Source of the DNA: Marsupella aquatica | Taxonomy: Eukaryota; Plantae; Marchantiophyta | Direction: 5' to 3' | Length of the DNA: 64,000 nucleotides | Assembly: GCA_973895155.1 (NCBI GenBank) | Contig: OZ316895.1 | Span: forward strand, 13,822,225 to 13,886,224 | In this document: positions 25,392-39,160 of the stretch, piece after piece | How the letters are laid out: every line of letters starts with the position of its first letter | Position numbering within the stretch: position 1 is the stretch's first letter | The notes under the pieces: generated by a model | What the model was told of the DNA's origin: nothing | Database searches by the model: none | Seen by the model: only the letters and a program-made list of their open reading frames with translations | Program-made: the position numbers and the translations under genes

Positions 25392-28300
25392 GAATGTAAG
25401 CCGCGTTCCTCAAGTTTTGTCGTCCAGGGCACTGTTTCCTACGGAGCTGAGAGGCAAAATTTCTGCACAGTCCCTACTGGAAAATGGGGTCATCCGTGAG
25501 CTGGTGATTGTGCTCCATCCTTCATTGACATATAAAGTATCTGTGGGGGTTGGAAAAATCAAGCTTACAGTTGCAAAATGTAAATAAATATTGCCTAGTT
25601 GTTCATTTACCGAAGAGTAGGTGCATTGTATATGTTTCTTTTTTGAAGTTCTAGCTTTGGGTCCTTCTGAATTCAGTCGTTGTGCGTCACCACCTGATCT
25701 AAACTTTCCTTTCAGCTAGGTCACTTTAGGCATGAGGACGATATTTGAAACCACTTTCGTCTTCGGAGGTGCCCTTAGCATGATCCTCATCGTAGCGTGC
25801 CATACAAAAAAATATCATCATTGTAGGAATTGCAGTGGAGGTACTTATATACTACAGGGAGATCCAGAGTACGTGAGAACTCAGGTTGACGGTATCTAAT
25901 AGCAATGAACGACAAGATCAGCGTATTTATTCTAGAAACGAGTCGTGCCATCTCTCAAATTGTATAAGAAAGACATTAACATTCGCATATGGAAAAGGGA
26001 CGACGACTTGAATCCACCCACATCTGCCCAATAGGACTTCAAAAGATCAAAGTCCATTGTATCCGTGCGAATGAGAGAATGGAACCCAGATAGGACTTAA
26101 AGTCAGTCCATGGCATCTTCAAAGTCGTAATATGTAAGAGACAATTTGAAAGACCCCCACAAAGACCGCACTAGAATTTCAGATCCCCACTAAGCAATTC
26201 ACTACATATACCATGCAATGTCGTTTGCCCACTTCTACGCCTTGACAGGGCTGGTTTTGGAACGACCTGTAATTATTTTTCATGTCTTTATACACATGCC
26301 TACCGGTACACCCAAAAGCAACGTTCGTTTAGAATGTCCTATATGCGTCTCTATACTTTTTTATGTCTACAATAGTGTGTTGAATTCCTGGATAAAATAA
26401 CTACTAGTACACCAAAAGACACATGAGATGTGCTTCCAGCTTGATGAGCTAACCCTTTGGTGTTTTCTTCCTCTAGAGCACGGCAAGTGAGCAGGTAATA
26501 GGTGAGTGCAATCTTAGCCTCGTCGATTTGGGAGCGCATCGAGGTGGACGAACCTCATACACGGAGTGTACGCACAACTGAATATCTGAGTACGCCAAAA
26601 GGAGAGCTATGCCAGATGCAAACTAAGCCCGTCTGAACTTGTTTGCGGATTGTGCCAACTCTGGGGGTCTAAGGCCATACAGACTTTATGCCAATTTTTC
26701 CCATCACCGCCAAGGTCACCGCCCAAATTCAGTACAGGTGGTCCGCGATTGCACCAGCAGGACACCATTGTTTGCTGGTCGCTCACTAAAGGCACCCATA
26801 AAATTCACATAGTTCGCATGCATCCCGTCCTTGGAATGGGAAGTGGAAAGTACCCCGGAGCGATGAGTTTGAGAGTAAATCATTCGATCAAACTGTGGTC
26901 CACGACGGCACCCACAGAGCACCCCATCTTCGGTCTCTCGCTTCAGCCACTGAGAGAAACTGACATAGTTCGCAAGCACTCCGTCCTTGGAATATTACCT
27001 TGAGAGTAGAGAAGAGTTGGGAGGTAAGTAATTCGATCAAATACTATTCGGTTCAACGATAGATAACAAGGATATTTTCCTGGACGAAGGCAGCATACGC
27101 ATCGAGGATGATGCTCGTATTGAAATGGGTGCCCAGTTATGGTATGGAAGGCCAAACTTTCCTTCCATGGAAGATGTCACCGGTGGACCCACGTGTGACA
27201 TGAAACCCTTCCACAAATCGCAAACAAAACAGAAGCTGCTGCAAGGAAAGAAGAACAGATCAAACCAAAACACACCGATCAAGCAGGAAAGAAAATAGGG
27301 CATGATATTCCGTTACTTTCGCTTTATAGATTGATTCAGCCAGGAAAAAGGTAGAACGACTTCTGCATCACACACGCCTTGCGAGGTTCGTCAATGACTT
27401 GGAGGTTGAAAGTATGAATGCGTGGAAAGCATGAACTATTCTACTCACTGACATCGTGTTCAAAATGTAAGATGCGTATTCGGGTATCAGATATAAGTGG
27501 CTCTGTGCGTTGGAGATTAATTGGATAGTTGTGCTCAACAACAAAGCAAACATTCTCGGTAAGAGATGAAACAGTCCACTTGGACCAGACTGAGGATGAA
27601 GAGCTGGTGCATTGGTGAGCTGAGTGACGTAATCATCTGAAGACAGTCTCCATTGCGTTTATTCATACACATCTTTTCTTTGGATGGATACGAAGAATCA
27701 CCAGACCATGACGGGTAGACAACCTCCAGACCTACAGATGATAACCCTGAACATGACCAGCTCATGGAAGCATAGTCAACAAGAAATATCTTGACCGAAA
27801 TGCATCCTACTGATTGTCGAATAGGATAGGAGGATGGTCCATACAACAAGAAAACATCTCAATGAAATGTATGACGAAATATTAACGAAAGATCATTCCA
27901 TTTCTCCCCCTAATCAATCGGCAACCCTCACTGTCATGACAGGATCACTGTGCGGACTAATTTCAAGGGCCAACAAAATGATGACACCGTTGTTTGTTAT
28001 TACTGTTGTGCAGGAACCTATCCATTCAAACATTCTCTATGGTAGCAGTTCTCACTTCTATCTAGATCCGTCAATTCAGTGGAAAAACATCAGAAGCGCA
28101 ATACACTACCCACGCACAAGTGCTCCACACCACAACAGGCCTTTACTTTCGATTTGCTTAACCCGTCGACACAATTCCACCAACCCTCATCCAGTCTAAA
28201 CAAGCGACAGTTGCTTTCATGTAAGTTACTTGACGTTTCCCAACACATTAAAAATAAGATGCAATGGAATGCAGGCAAATTCAAGCGCGGGAATGCACAA

Positions 28301-29652
28301 TAGAAAATAAATTTGAAATTCCACGTAACGCGGAGGTAAATGAATGCGAATGCATCACATGCAAAGGACAGGTTAGTCAGGAAAACTCCGTCTCCGCAAG
28401 GCCATAAGAAAAGGAGCGAGAAACGGCTCCAAACTTCACCCTTAAAACGTTCCATTATCTCCAACGCAAGTTCTTCAGAAGGGATTCTCCGAAACGCTGA
28501 ACAAGGTACGTCTGACATGAACAGACCTATCGACAGAAATGTCGTTCATCGTGGGGTCTTGCAAGAAGAGATTACTAGTATCACCGATAAACAATTTAAA
28601 AGCCCTCAAAAGCATCCGGAGCAATGATGATAGACGAAAGAAGCACTCATGAACCGCTGTACCATACAAAAAATCGAAGAAAATTGCTTTTAAAGGGCCT
28701 CACAGAATGGTATAGGGCGGAATCGCCCCAAAAAATCCGCCTGATGCCTGATGCCTCTTGTCTCAACCTCTACCTAGAAATATTCTCAGTGATGTCTTCA
28801 GAGACTATGATGCCATTAGGAATGAGTTGCAGACACCATGACTCGAAAATACAAAGACAAAAGTCTGCCAATAAGGTGTTGGGAAGGGGTGCCGCTATGT
28901 CGTTCTTCCACAATTCCGACTTGAACTACGGTAAGGCACTCGGTTTCAGAAGATAGAAAACAGCCACCTACCAATAAGGCTTAAAAAGTTATCTGGCAGA
29001 GTGCTCCAGGGCTTGCAGCAGGAAATCTCTCGTCAACTACTTCCATCTGACCAGCTATAGCCACAAAGGCCAGAAGAATCGGCGTTTCTAAATACTTTTG
29101 TTATTAAGAATAAACAGTAGCGCAGTATTGAACGTAAGGTTTAAACAACTGGGAAGTATGGCACAATGCTAGCTTTGGGCTGGCTCTACCTCAAATTTCC
29201 CACTCTCCTTCACAATACAGGCTCTACTTTCCACGTGACTAGAACTCCAAGAAAATTTGAAATTAAAAAGTAGAAAACTGACTTAACAGTCCCTAATGGA
29301 CACAAAATCTGACAAGCCAGAAAATCTAAACCCTCACTAGAAAGAAAAATCAACTTGAGAGAAAACAATCTCACTCTCCATGCTCCCTCCCTCCCCCCCT
29401 TCCACTATGACTCTCAATAACAAATCTTCCTATGTTGCCACTACAAGATCACCGGGCAAAGTTTGACTCGTTCAAAAATCTCAGCCCTATGCCCACTTTT
29501 GAAATGGAACCCATCTGGCCAGGAATCGTGCGTCTCAATCAATACTGTCTCACATTCAGCGATCAGGCCTTAGATCTGCAAAGGTCAATGCGCCACCATG
29601 TTTACCCTGTGCCGAAAATCTCTTGCCCGGCCACCCTAACGTATCATACTCT

Positions 29653-31525
29653 TCAAGACTCTACTTGTTCGGTGGTAGTGGTAGTGGTAGTAGTAATAGG
29701 TGTAGGTGTAGCAGTGCTATCCTCTTCTAGGGTAGGCTCCGCCTCTTCCGTTTCAGGCCTGCAGAAAATCATCAAACGCCCTAGATCAGACACACTGCAA
29801 GTCTCACGCATTCACTCACAAGGTGGGGATTCCATGCCCTTGTACAACGGGGGAGCGACGCACAACATTGACCCTGGGACTCCAGTCAACAAACCCACTC
29901 GTCCTGGCCACCTGTGCTGGCTAGGTCCAGCGGTTTCACCAAGGAGATGAGCCTATCATGGGTAAGGAGAACGACTGCACAGACAGGGAAATATAAAAGT
30001 AGGAAACATACCTATCCACGACCACAACTTCCGCCACGCTGGGCTTGCGCCAGTCTCTACTCACGAGGTCCCTCTCCACCGAGGCATCTCGTGGCCTTGC
30101 TTCTCCGAAGGGGTTCACCTTAGGGCGAGACCTGGGAACGCCCTCGCCTCCCGATCCGACCTCCGGAGTCTGAGGTCTGCTAGAGCGGTTGGAATGGCTG
30201 CTCGAAGGCCTCTTCATGTCCAGTTCGGCATCGATTTTCCTCCAATCGTGACCTTTCTCCGCAAGAACTTCCTCCCGGGGACGCGCCGCGCCGAAAGGAT
30301 TGGATCTCGGCCGAGGCTTGGGCACAGGTTGTCCGTCAGGCGCCGCAGTGTCGTCTTTAAGCGACAATGAGCGGTCCGAACGAGCAGAATGCGATGAATG
30401 GGGCCTTTCGTTCTCGCCATTTCTATCGACAGGCAAAAGGGGTGGCAGAGGGCTGTCCACGGGAATGGATCGCGGTTGGAGCACGAGCCGAGGCCGTTCC
30501 GCCGGCCTAGGAACGTCATCGCTAGCAGGGGGAGGCTCACGCCGAGCCCAGCGGTCGGCCTCGGAGCCGCCATCCCTGTATGTGGCTTCGAAGCCTCCAC
30601 CACGGCGCTCGGGAGGAGGAGCTGAGCTCGGCACGAACTTCTTGGCCGCGCCCCAGTTGTCTACTTCATCGGCACGAGATATTCCGCCTGGCGCATCATC
30701 GAATCCACCTCCTCCCCCTCTGCGAGGCGCATCCTCAAAGCCACCGCCACCGCCACCTCGAGGCCCACGGCGATCAAAGCTATCCCCCCCACCACCACCT
30801 AGAGGAGCCGACGGCACGAACTTCTTGGACGATCCCCAGTTATCAACCTCATCGGCTCTCGATGGCAGATCCCGATCACTCAGCCGTCCCCTCTCTCGCG
30901 TATCATCGTCGTACCCCCCTCGTCCCATTGAACCGCCCAGGGCAGATTGGTATCCTCCACCGCCACCACCGCCAGCGGGAAGAGACTTCTTGTTAGCTCC
31001 CCAGCTGCCTGCTTCATCTGCCCTAGAAGGACCGTCATCTCTAATGTCCATATCCCTATCCCTCCCCATGCGATCTCCGCGTCCGCCATCCCTTTCTCTG
31101 TCAAAGCCACCACCAAACCCTCGATCACGCGAATCCCTATCGCCTCTGTCCATGCGATCACCGCCTCCCCTGAAGCCTCCGTAATCTCTAAAACCCCCTC
31201 CGAGTCCGCCCGCGGACTCGGGCTCCTCGGTCGACCTGTCTCTCGGCCCTGTGGGAAGCATCATCATCTCCTCCGCGGAGAGACCTCTGCTGTTGTTCAT
31301 CTCCCGGGTTTTTCCTCCGGGACCTACATACTTACCCACTGTGAACTCCGAAATCGAGAACGTCTGCGCCTTCTTTTTCTTCGTGGCCTTGCTGCTCACC
31401 ATCGTCTCCCCCAGCGATGGATACGACTCCACCGGTAATGCGTTGCTCGCAGCCTTTGCCTGCGCTTCCGCCTCCTCGGCCTCTGCTGCCCACGCTCCCG
31501 CTCCCCCCCATGGCTTCGCCGCCAT
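29653..31525 (-). CDS. eIF4B: Plant-type eukaryotic translation initiation factor 4B; 2 exons
   Basis: N-terminus MAAKPWGGAGAWAAEAE, then YPSL, LPTGPRDR, three SRADE..WG..KK repeats, ERPRLVLQPR and two NPFG.ARPR motifs. Exon 1 (31525-30012) splices to exon 2 (29758-29653), giving the conserved DRPETEE. Confidence 0.93.
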
Positions 31526-31877
31526 ATCCTTCCTTCTGTCGATCGATCACGAGCGACCAAACCAAACAACCCAGCAAATCGCCTCGCACGAAACGAACGA
31601 TTCGCGACTCCGCGTCTACTCCTGCTCCTCTGCTCCTTGCTGATGCTGGTCGCAACAACAATCAATCCCTCCCTCCCTCTCCCACGCGAGCGAGCGATGT
31701 GCGCTCACGAAAGTCGCGCAAACCCTCGCTGAACAGGGCAACACCACCACCACCACGAGAGCGATTCGCGAAAGCAGGCAGGCTGGGCTACTGCCTGCTG
31801 CTGCTTGCTGCCGAAGAGAGGAAAAAAAGGAAGTAAGCCACCGAAGGCCTTCCTTCTTCCTCTCAACACACACACCC

Positions 31878-31938
31878 CTTCCCTTCCCTTCCCTTCCGTC
31901 CTCGTCTCGTCTCGTCTCGTCTCGTCGACTCGACTCGA
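31878..31938. repeat. Compound microsatellite (CTTCC)n(GTCTC)n(GACTC)n upstream of eIF4B
   Basis: Pentamer runs are directly visible. Confidence 0.85.
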
Positions 31939-31984
31939 CCCTCAAAGGAGGAGGTGGAGGACGACGCCCGCCCTCCGAAGCCCG

Positions 31985-32356
31985 AGGGAGGCACGTCGGC
32001 CCACACGAGGGGAGGGAACCACCGGCACTGTAGGGGAGGAAGGCGGGGAGCAGTGGGGGACTTCGGAAGGACGGGCCTGGAAGGAAGGACGGAATACCCC
32101 TGTCCGCCCCCTCTTGCACATACATGACACAGCCTACCGTGCATAAGTGCACTGTGTATACGTGCATTTTATGGGTTAACTGTAGGCCGGTAGTCTAGTT
32201 CCCTACTGCTACTACTAGAGCGCTTTCCTTTGGAAAATACACCAAAATGCACCGAGGGAGGCAACCACCGGCACTGCAGGGGAGGAAGGAGGGGGAGACT
32301 TCTGAATGACGGGCTGGGAAGGACGGAACGCCCTGTCCTCCCCATGCACATACATA
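31985..32356. repeat. Diverged G-rich direct duplication (about 31985-32125 and 32254-32356)
   Basis: Both copies share gagggaggca...aaccaccggcactg.aggggaggaagg...gacttc.gaa.gacggg...gaaggacggaa...cctgtcc...tgcacatacat. Confidence 0.8.
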
Positions 32357-33656
32357 TATGGACAAGTGCATAAAACATATCCCGTGCACTTATAGCGTAA
32401 ATGCATATCATGGATAAATGCAGGCTTGGGATGTCTTCCCAGGAGCTTGCACTTAAACACGGTAGACTGGAAATTTGTAGTTAGCTCTCTCTAAGTGCAC
32501 ATTTTCCCAGGAAAAAGTATGTTTGTGGATGACCACAGGCATGAAGAGGTGGGTGTCAAGGTTGAATGTTTTTGACTGAACCATATAAATAGTGGTCAAG
32601 ATCTCTGAAGAGTATGCAAAGGTAGGGTAACCAAAAACAGCATAACATATATCTGAGAATATATCTCACATACAAGGTGGGACCTCAGAAGGAGAAGCCA
32701 GGAAGACCGGAAAGCCCTGCCCCATCTGTCCATCTGCGTCCTTCACCAAACAATTGAAAAGCTCAAGTCACTCCCAAGGAAAGGAAAGACTATTCATGAC
32801 ACAACATGAGAGCATGGATGTGTGCTATCTATATAGTGGAATTGTCTACAATAACTTACAGTTTCCTTGGGTTGTACATCTCAACTATGGAAGTGGGCAG
32901 TTGGCTAGGGTAGGGTTGAGAGCCAAAAAAACAAATCTATACATGTCACCCAGGGGTCAGCATACCTCGTTTAAAGTACAATGTGAGCCCCTTAATAGGC
33001 ACACACTTCCATCCTTGATAACCACAACAAAAACCTGTACATGTCACCATGGGTCAGCATCCTCCATTGCAAGTACAATTTCAGGCCCGTGGTGAAAACC
33101 TTGGTTAGAGTAACTTGTGGGTTGTTGCCCTTGAAAGGGTGTTGATTGTATGATTTTATTGAAGAAAACTCAAAAGTTAAACCCTCTCTATTCAAGCGGC
33201 AGCTCAGCAAATTTGAACTCCTACATTCATGATTGCAAGTGTTCCACAAAGCCTATTGGGTGAAAGGAGTCAGGTTGTGGTTAATTACCTAACCCTTGTC
33301 TCTGATTGCCTCTATTTGTTTGTGCAGACAGGATAGCAAAATAAACCCCTAAACCCCCTTGCAACCCCAAACCCTCCATTTTCCTTTCTTCCGCTCCCCT
33401 CTCTCCTTCTCCCCCTCCCATCCCACATGCTTTTGGCTTTCCTGCCCTCACACCTCTCCTCATATGCCTTTTTGACATATCATGTGGCCAGAGAAACCCA
33501 AAACTTAATTGAATAGCAGAAATTTGGTGCCACCTTTTATCAAAAATGGCCACCAGCCCCATTTTCTGCCCGGGAAAGATCATAGTTTGCAAGGGACTTG
33601 TTTTTTTTTCTTTTCTTTTTGGTGGGGGGCAGAAACTGTTCCCTCCAACCACCTCG

Positions 33657-33687
<31 letters not shown>
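33657..33687. repeat. Poly-C homopolymer (31 nt)
   Basis: Uninterrupted run of C. Confidence 0.95.
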
Positions 33688-36600
33688 ACACACACAATAA
33701 AAACCACAAATCCCCAACCCATAAGTGCTGCATCAGAGCGTGCCATGCACGAAAGTATCACATCAAACGGTATACAGTGTAAATGTAACAATTTAGGGTC
33801 AAGGAGTAGTCAGTCAGTCACAATGGGCAGCAAACCCCATGTTACGGAAACTATCTCCATGGGGTAATCGTCATAGATATTATCCATCACCGTCATCATG
33901 CCTTACAAGCAGACATACATACCCTCCCCAGCACCAAGCATTACAGTGTGTCACTCGACACTAATAAACTAAAGAAACTGAATCACATCCTAGAAATTTG
34001 AAAGTGGCCATATAAGGTGTGGTGATTAGCTTCACTAAATTTTTTGTTTAGTTTATTTAGTGACGAGTGATAAATTCTTGATCCACGTCTCAAGAATTTG
34101 AGGTACCACAAAAGGTGGGCTGGACACTTATACAGGCACTCTACACCCTGATAAAGTTTCTATGAGGCTAGAAGCCCCGTGAAATGGTGTTTTCTGCTGA
34201 CATAGGCTGTGAACACATGTTTGGGCCAAGAATCAACAAAATATTTGACAAAGTAGATTGAGAATATCTTTTAGCTGGAAAAATTGCTGAATGGCCACCC
34301 AGGAATGTCTGGAAGCAAGTAAAAATGTATTCTCGCAAATAAAGGATCCCAAACTGGAAGCAAGTTTAAATATATATTCGCAAATCAAAGATCGTGGGCC
34401 CAAGTTACAACCGGCATAACAGCATGACAAGACAGTGATTGAGCATGTTGGTGGACGTGTATTCTACATGTAATTCACAAGCTCTCCTCCGTATAGATAC
34501 GGTGGCCATGCCATGTGATGCCCAGAGTTCCCGCCAGATCATGGATTTGCTGCCTGTACCCCAAAAATCCCGCAAATTTTTTTTAAAAAACATAAAATGA
34601 GCTCATACAGTACTATGCATGAAATCCATCAACAGTCCCAACGACAAGCTACTTTACACCCTGGTAAATTTAATCTTAGAAAAACACCAGACCTTCAATA
34701 GTGCCAATTCCCAAATGAAAGCTCCTCTGTTGTGGCTGATACAAACTAGAAGTCCCCATGGACCCAGACTGACCACAGAAAAACCTCGCATGTACTTAGA
34801 TACCATTTTTTCTTTGTAAAAAATCCATACTTGTCTGGTCAAATAGTAACCCAGTCCATCTTGGTTGCAAGGTTCATGGAAGTGTCCATCTGAGCATTAT
34901 CACTCACAAGAGCAATACCAGAATCTACGAGAATAAGGAAACACGTGGCTGAACAGAAAATATGAATTAAATCAATTCACCGACCAAATGTGTCCAAATT
35001 GGAAATTGTGCAAATGATTGTGACAAACTTATAGCATCAGCTTGGACCAACTGGGTGGAGTTTGAGGGGCAAGGACAGTTTTGGCTTCCCTCTTTCTACT
35101 AAAATATTTGAAAATAAATCGAAGTTCCCGAGGACCAAAACCATTGACCAGACACCAAAATTATTCCAAGCAAATTCAACATTGTTTCCTGCTTTCTGAC
35201 TTTTTATTCTTATTGAATTAAACCTATATCAATAACAATGACAGAAAATAATAGAATTAATTAACAAAGTGGAATTCACAAAGAGTAAAATAGCTGAAGC
35301 CTTTCACTCCCCTGTAAAGCAATTGAGAGCAAATTCATTGAAACATGTGGAGATAAACTACAGGCCCTGATGGATGAGTCTAGCTGTGGTCCTGTCCTTG
35401 CCCTTCTTTGGGTTGGTGAGCCCTTCCCATCCTGTGAATTTGAGTTTACTTCATAATATGAGTAAGCATTCAGTTCAAGAGAAACAAACAAAAACTATGC
35501 ACCCATGGATGCTATAGAGCGGATGGTATGCAAACCTGACAGTAGAGGGAATCCAAATATTGGTGCGTCTCCAAGCATGTCTTGGTTTGGGGTGTCTATG
35601 AAGGCACTGGCCAAAGCTAACCTGTTATCTTCACATTACTAAAACTTCCACCCCCTATAATTGCCTCTTTCTGTCACTATGAGCCATAGGCTCTCCCTTC
35701 CACAGGGAAGTTGCAACTCCTGTCATTTTGAGGGGACAGCCAATATTTGCTATAGTACCTTTCTCCTCTTCTTCTCTATTGGCTCAAAAGAGGAACTCCA
35801 TTCAACGATGAAAATATCTTAAAGGTTTCCTCATCTTTTCTACTAACAATGTGCACATTTGTTCTGTCCACTAGTGCATGTATCTCAAACAATTATTCAT
35901 GGACAGCCGTTATTATGCAAGATATTTGTATGGGTGCATGGATGCAAAATAATGTGCAACCCTTGCCCTATACTCAAAGGGTGCAATAAAGATTTGTTCA
36001 CTACACATTGGATCAAAAACAATCAACCAAGACCTTGACTGTCTGTTAGGGTTCCAACAACAGTGGCGACAAACACAATCATGCGTTGTGTAACAATGAG
36101 TATGGCGGAAGTTAACTGAACAGTTCCAGCTTTACACTAGTGAACTCTTCCCTGCTATGTTTGCTACAAGAGCTGGCACTAACCCAACTTTATGGTTGGG
36201 GGCTGGGGTTCACATATGGTTGAGGTAAGCAGTTAAAACAGGGGGGAACTACTCTCTAGCCCAAGAAAGCAAGGCATGTGAATTTACCCTTTTTGGAAGT
36301 TGGTCTAAAGGCAGACCCCATATATGTCCTAGAGATGAGCACCACAAGAACCCTTGTAACTCTATGAGGCATGTCCTGAACGACATCAGGATCTCATGTT
36401 ATGACAGTTGAGGCAAAATGCCAGGACTAGGGAGCGGGACCAAGTCAGGAGTTGGCCGTGCTCCACGTCTGGACTGTGTTGCACCTGAGTACTTGAGCCC
36501 AAACCGAGGCCCAAGCCACAATTGGACTCGCATGGAGCACAGGTCGAAGATGCACTGCCTAGGGACTCATTGCACAGATGTTTCCCACTTTTAGTTCATT

Positions 36601-37633
36601 TGGTCTTCAAAGATTAAATGAGTGTTCTCAATTGTGGAGTGCATATTAGTGCCCTAGTCACAAATGATTGCCTGTGTAAGTTTTATGCCATAGCCCCCCT
36701 CTCTTGCACTCTCATTTGGCAATGTTTTACTTTACATTATTGTTTCAAACTCTTTATTCCCTCTCAATCCAATGCACAAAAGCCTGTAAATCCATTGTAT
36801 GCTCTACGTTTGTTTCAATCTCTGATTATTTTTGCCAAATAGTAAAGAGCACAAAAGTTCACAAAGAGAAAATAGTATGACACACAAAGGTGCACTGCAA
36901 GACAAGCTCTCATTGGTGTCTATGTACATTACGAATTAATCTGACAGGTACAGTATTGGATAAGAACAATGCTCCCCTTCTTTTCAGATCTATTCATATT
37001 TGAACTTTATTCTTAAAATATGTTGGACTTTGTAGCTTTAATCTGCTAGTGACCAAGCATGATTTAGAGCATCTCCACCAGGAGACGCTTCAGGCCCTAC
37101 AAAGTCCAAGCCATATCTTAAAGTCTATGGCTGACAATGAAATCTTGTTGAATCCTTAAATTGGTTTAGTTATAAATTTCACCTTTGCAAACCACCACCC
37201 TCCTCAGATGCAAGGGATGGGAGGTTCTAATGCGGAGTCTATCACTCCCATGAAGTTAATATTGACCCCACCTTGTCTCAGGACAATTAAGGCTTGACCA
37301 ACTCTAAAACAGGTAGAACCTGCCAAATCTTAGACATGATTTCAATCCTCTTATTTTGAAGAGTCCCCTCATTTCGAACTATGTTAGATCAGAGCTGGAA
37401 ATCTAAAGTTTGAAGTGTTTTGTGGACCAGTTGAAATTGTATAAATACAATATGTCTACTGTCTGCATTTAAAAGAATTTCCTCATTGCATTGTAGACCA
37501 CATGTAAAATCTGCATAACTATGTGAAATAGATGGAACGAGGTATTGATTTAGGTACACAACTATGGAAAGATAGGTACCTGAAACAAGTTGGCACATTT
37601 GTTCTTAGTCTCCTATTAATACACTTAACTTAT

Positions 37634-37656
37634 GGGTTTAGGGTTTAGGGTTCGGG
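37634..37656 (+). repeat. Short interstitial plant telomere-like repeat (TTTAGGG)
   Basis: gggtttagggtttagggttcggg. Confidence 0.6.
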
Positions 37657-39015
37657 TAAAGTTTTGGCTACCTTAGTGGGTCATATATCTGGTTTTGAGA
37701 CTCTGCTCAAACTGCCTCCATGGGTATGTAAAATGCCACTTAATTCGCCACTGGGCATATATAAGGGGGAAATGTCCAAGCCTCCCTCCTTTTGTCACAT
37801 TCCACTCACTCCTCTCCTCTACCAGGCCACTCTGCTCCGCAATTTCAGGAAAATATTACATTTAATGATGAAACCTGGTGGATCCAGGATTTATCATGTC
37901 TAATGAGGGTCAAGGACTATGATACCACCTTGGATTTGGAACTCTTCACACAGGTGGCCCTTTGGGCCACAAGTGGACATGCCATCCTCACGAAATGCAG
38001 GTTGCTCTTCTAGCAAGCAAGCAACTGAGTGGCAGTGACAGCATAAAGTAGCACTCCTTTGACATAGCGCTGTCAAGACAAAGCAAAGTACGAAAATCAG
38101 CTGGGCTGTGCTCTCATGTCCATCAAACACCGACATGGCAAGTCTTGACAAAAAGCATATGCTCTCCCCAAAGCATATGCTGTCCTAGGAAAGATTTCAA
38201 GCAACAAGGCCATCATCGCATTTTGCATGCATCCTCACACGAGGAAAAAAAGGCTCCCCGGTAATACTTAGAGAGATGCAAACCCACAGAATGTACATAT
38301 CTGTGTACCTTAATACACTCTCTTTATTACGGTTATAAACATGGGTTTCCAAGGCAAACATGTGCTACTAAAATATTTAAAGTACGAAGATTTTCTATTC
38401 TCATGTGCTCAATAGTGAGAAAAGTTTTGAGTGGGATTGAAAATTGTTGCAGGGAGACCATGCCAGTTTCTCCAAGCACGGAGGTGTTAATATAGGCACT
38501 CAAAGTTACTAATAACAAGAGTCATCTTAGTTTGAACTCCTATGAGGATTAGCATTACATTTTCCAGAATAATAGGCACCCTGAGGTGTGGGCTGGGGAT
38601 ACATCATCCATCACAAGTCTTCATTCTATGAAAAGTCTTTAGTGCAATATGCAATAAATACATAATATCTGACAACTATGTATTCTTTTTCTGCTGATGC
38701 AATTAGAGTTGAGCGTAATGTGGCCAAATCAGGGTGAATCGACTGTTATTTGGGTTTGAATTCAGGGTGAGTTGGGTGTCATCAGTTGAACTACTCAGGA
38801 TTTGAACAAGGGCTGAAATTGCCAAAATTGCTTTGGAATGTGCTTCACTCTAAGTCACTGGCAGTTCTGTTGGAGCAGATCAAAGACAACCAGAGTGAGA
38901 CAACTTCAAATTCACAACACTGCCCCATGACCTCAACTGAGTTTCATGAGTTTTTGGGCTAGAATGAGTTCACAGCACTCTGCCCCATGACATCAACCAG
39001 AGATTCACAAGGTCA

Positions 39016-39160
39016 GTCCGTGTCGAAGCTAGAATTTTCCATTACTCATTTTTTGTGCTTAACAACCATCATCACCCTTCATTTCGGTCTGTCCATGTCG
39101 ATGCTAGAATTTTCTATTACTCATTTTTTGGGCTTAAGAACGGTCATCACCCTTCATTTG
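39016..39160. repeat. 75 bp tandem duplication
   Basis: gtcc.tgtcga.gctagaatttt..attactcattttt.g.gcttaa.aac..tcatcacccttcattt starts at 39016 and 39091. Confidence 0.9.

Noticed and set aside
25700-29100. Decayed LINE suggested by - strand motifs (SYNDDIFLY, WHKVC, EGKFGLP, FLW)
   Set aside because: The motifs occur in the reverse of LINE ORF2 order and in broken frames. The region may be old transposon debris, but I cannot support the call without an HMM search.
30300-31184. 294-aa Pro-rich + strand ORF and other overlapping ORFs
   Set aside because: Antisense shadow of the Gly/Arg-rich, GC-rich eIF4B exon; no independent motifs.
33281-33867. Poly-Gly and poly-Pro ORFs
   Set aside because: Artefacts of translating the poly-C tract.
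36055-36075. caacagtggcgac, resembling an LTR end plus primer-binding site
   Set aside because: Only about 7 nt of PBS-like match, with no second LTR and no gag/pol downstream.
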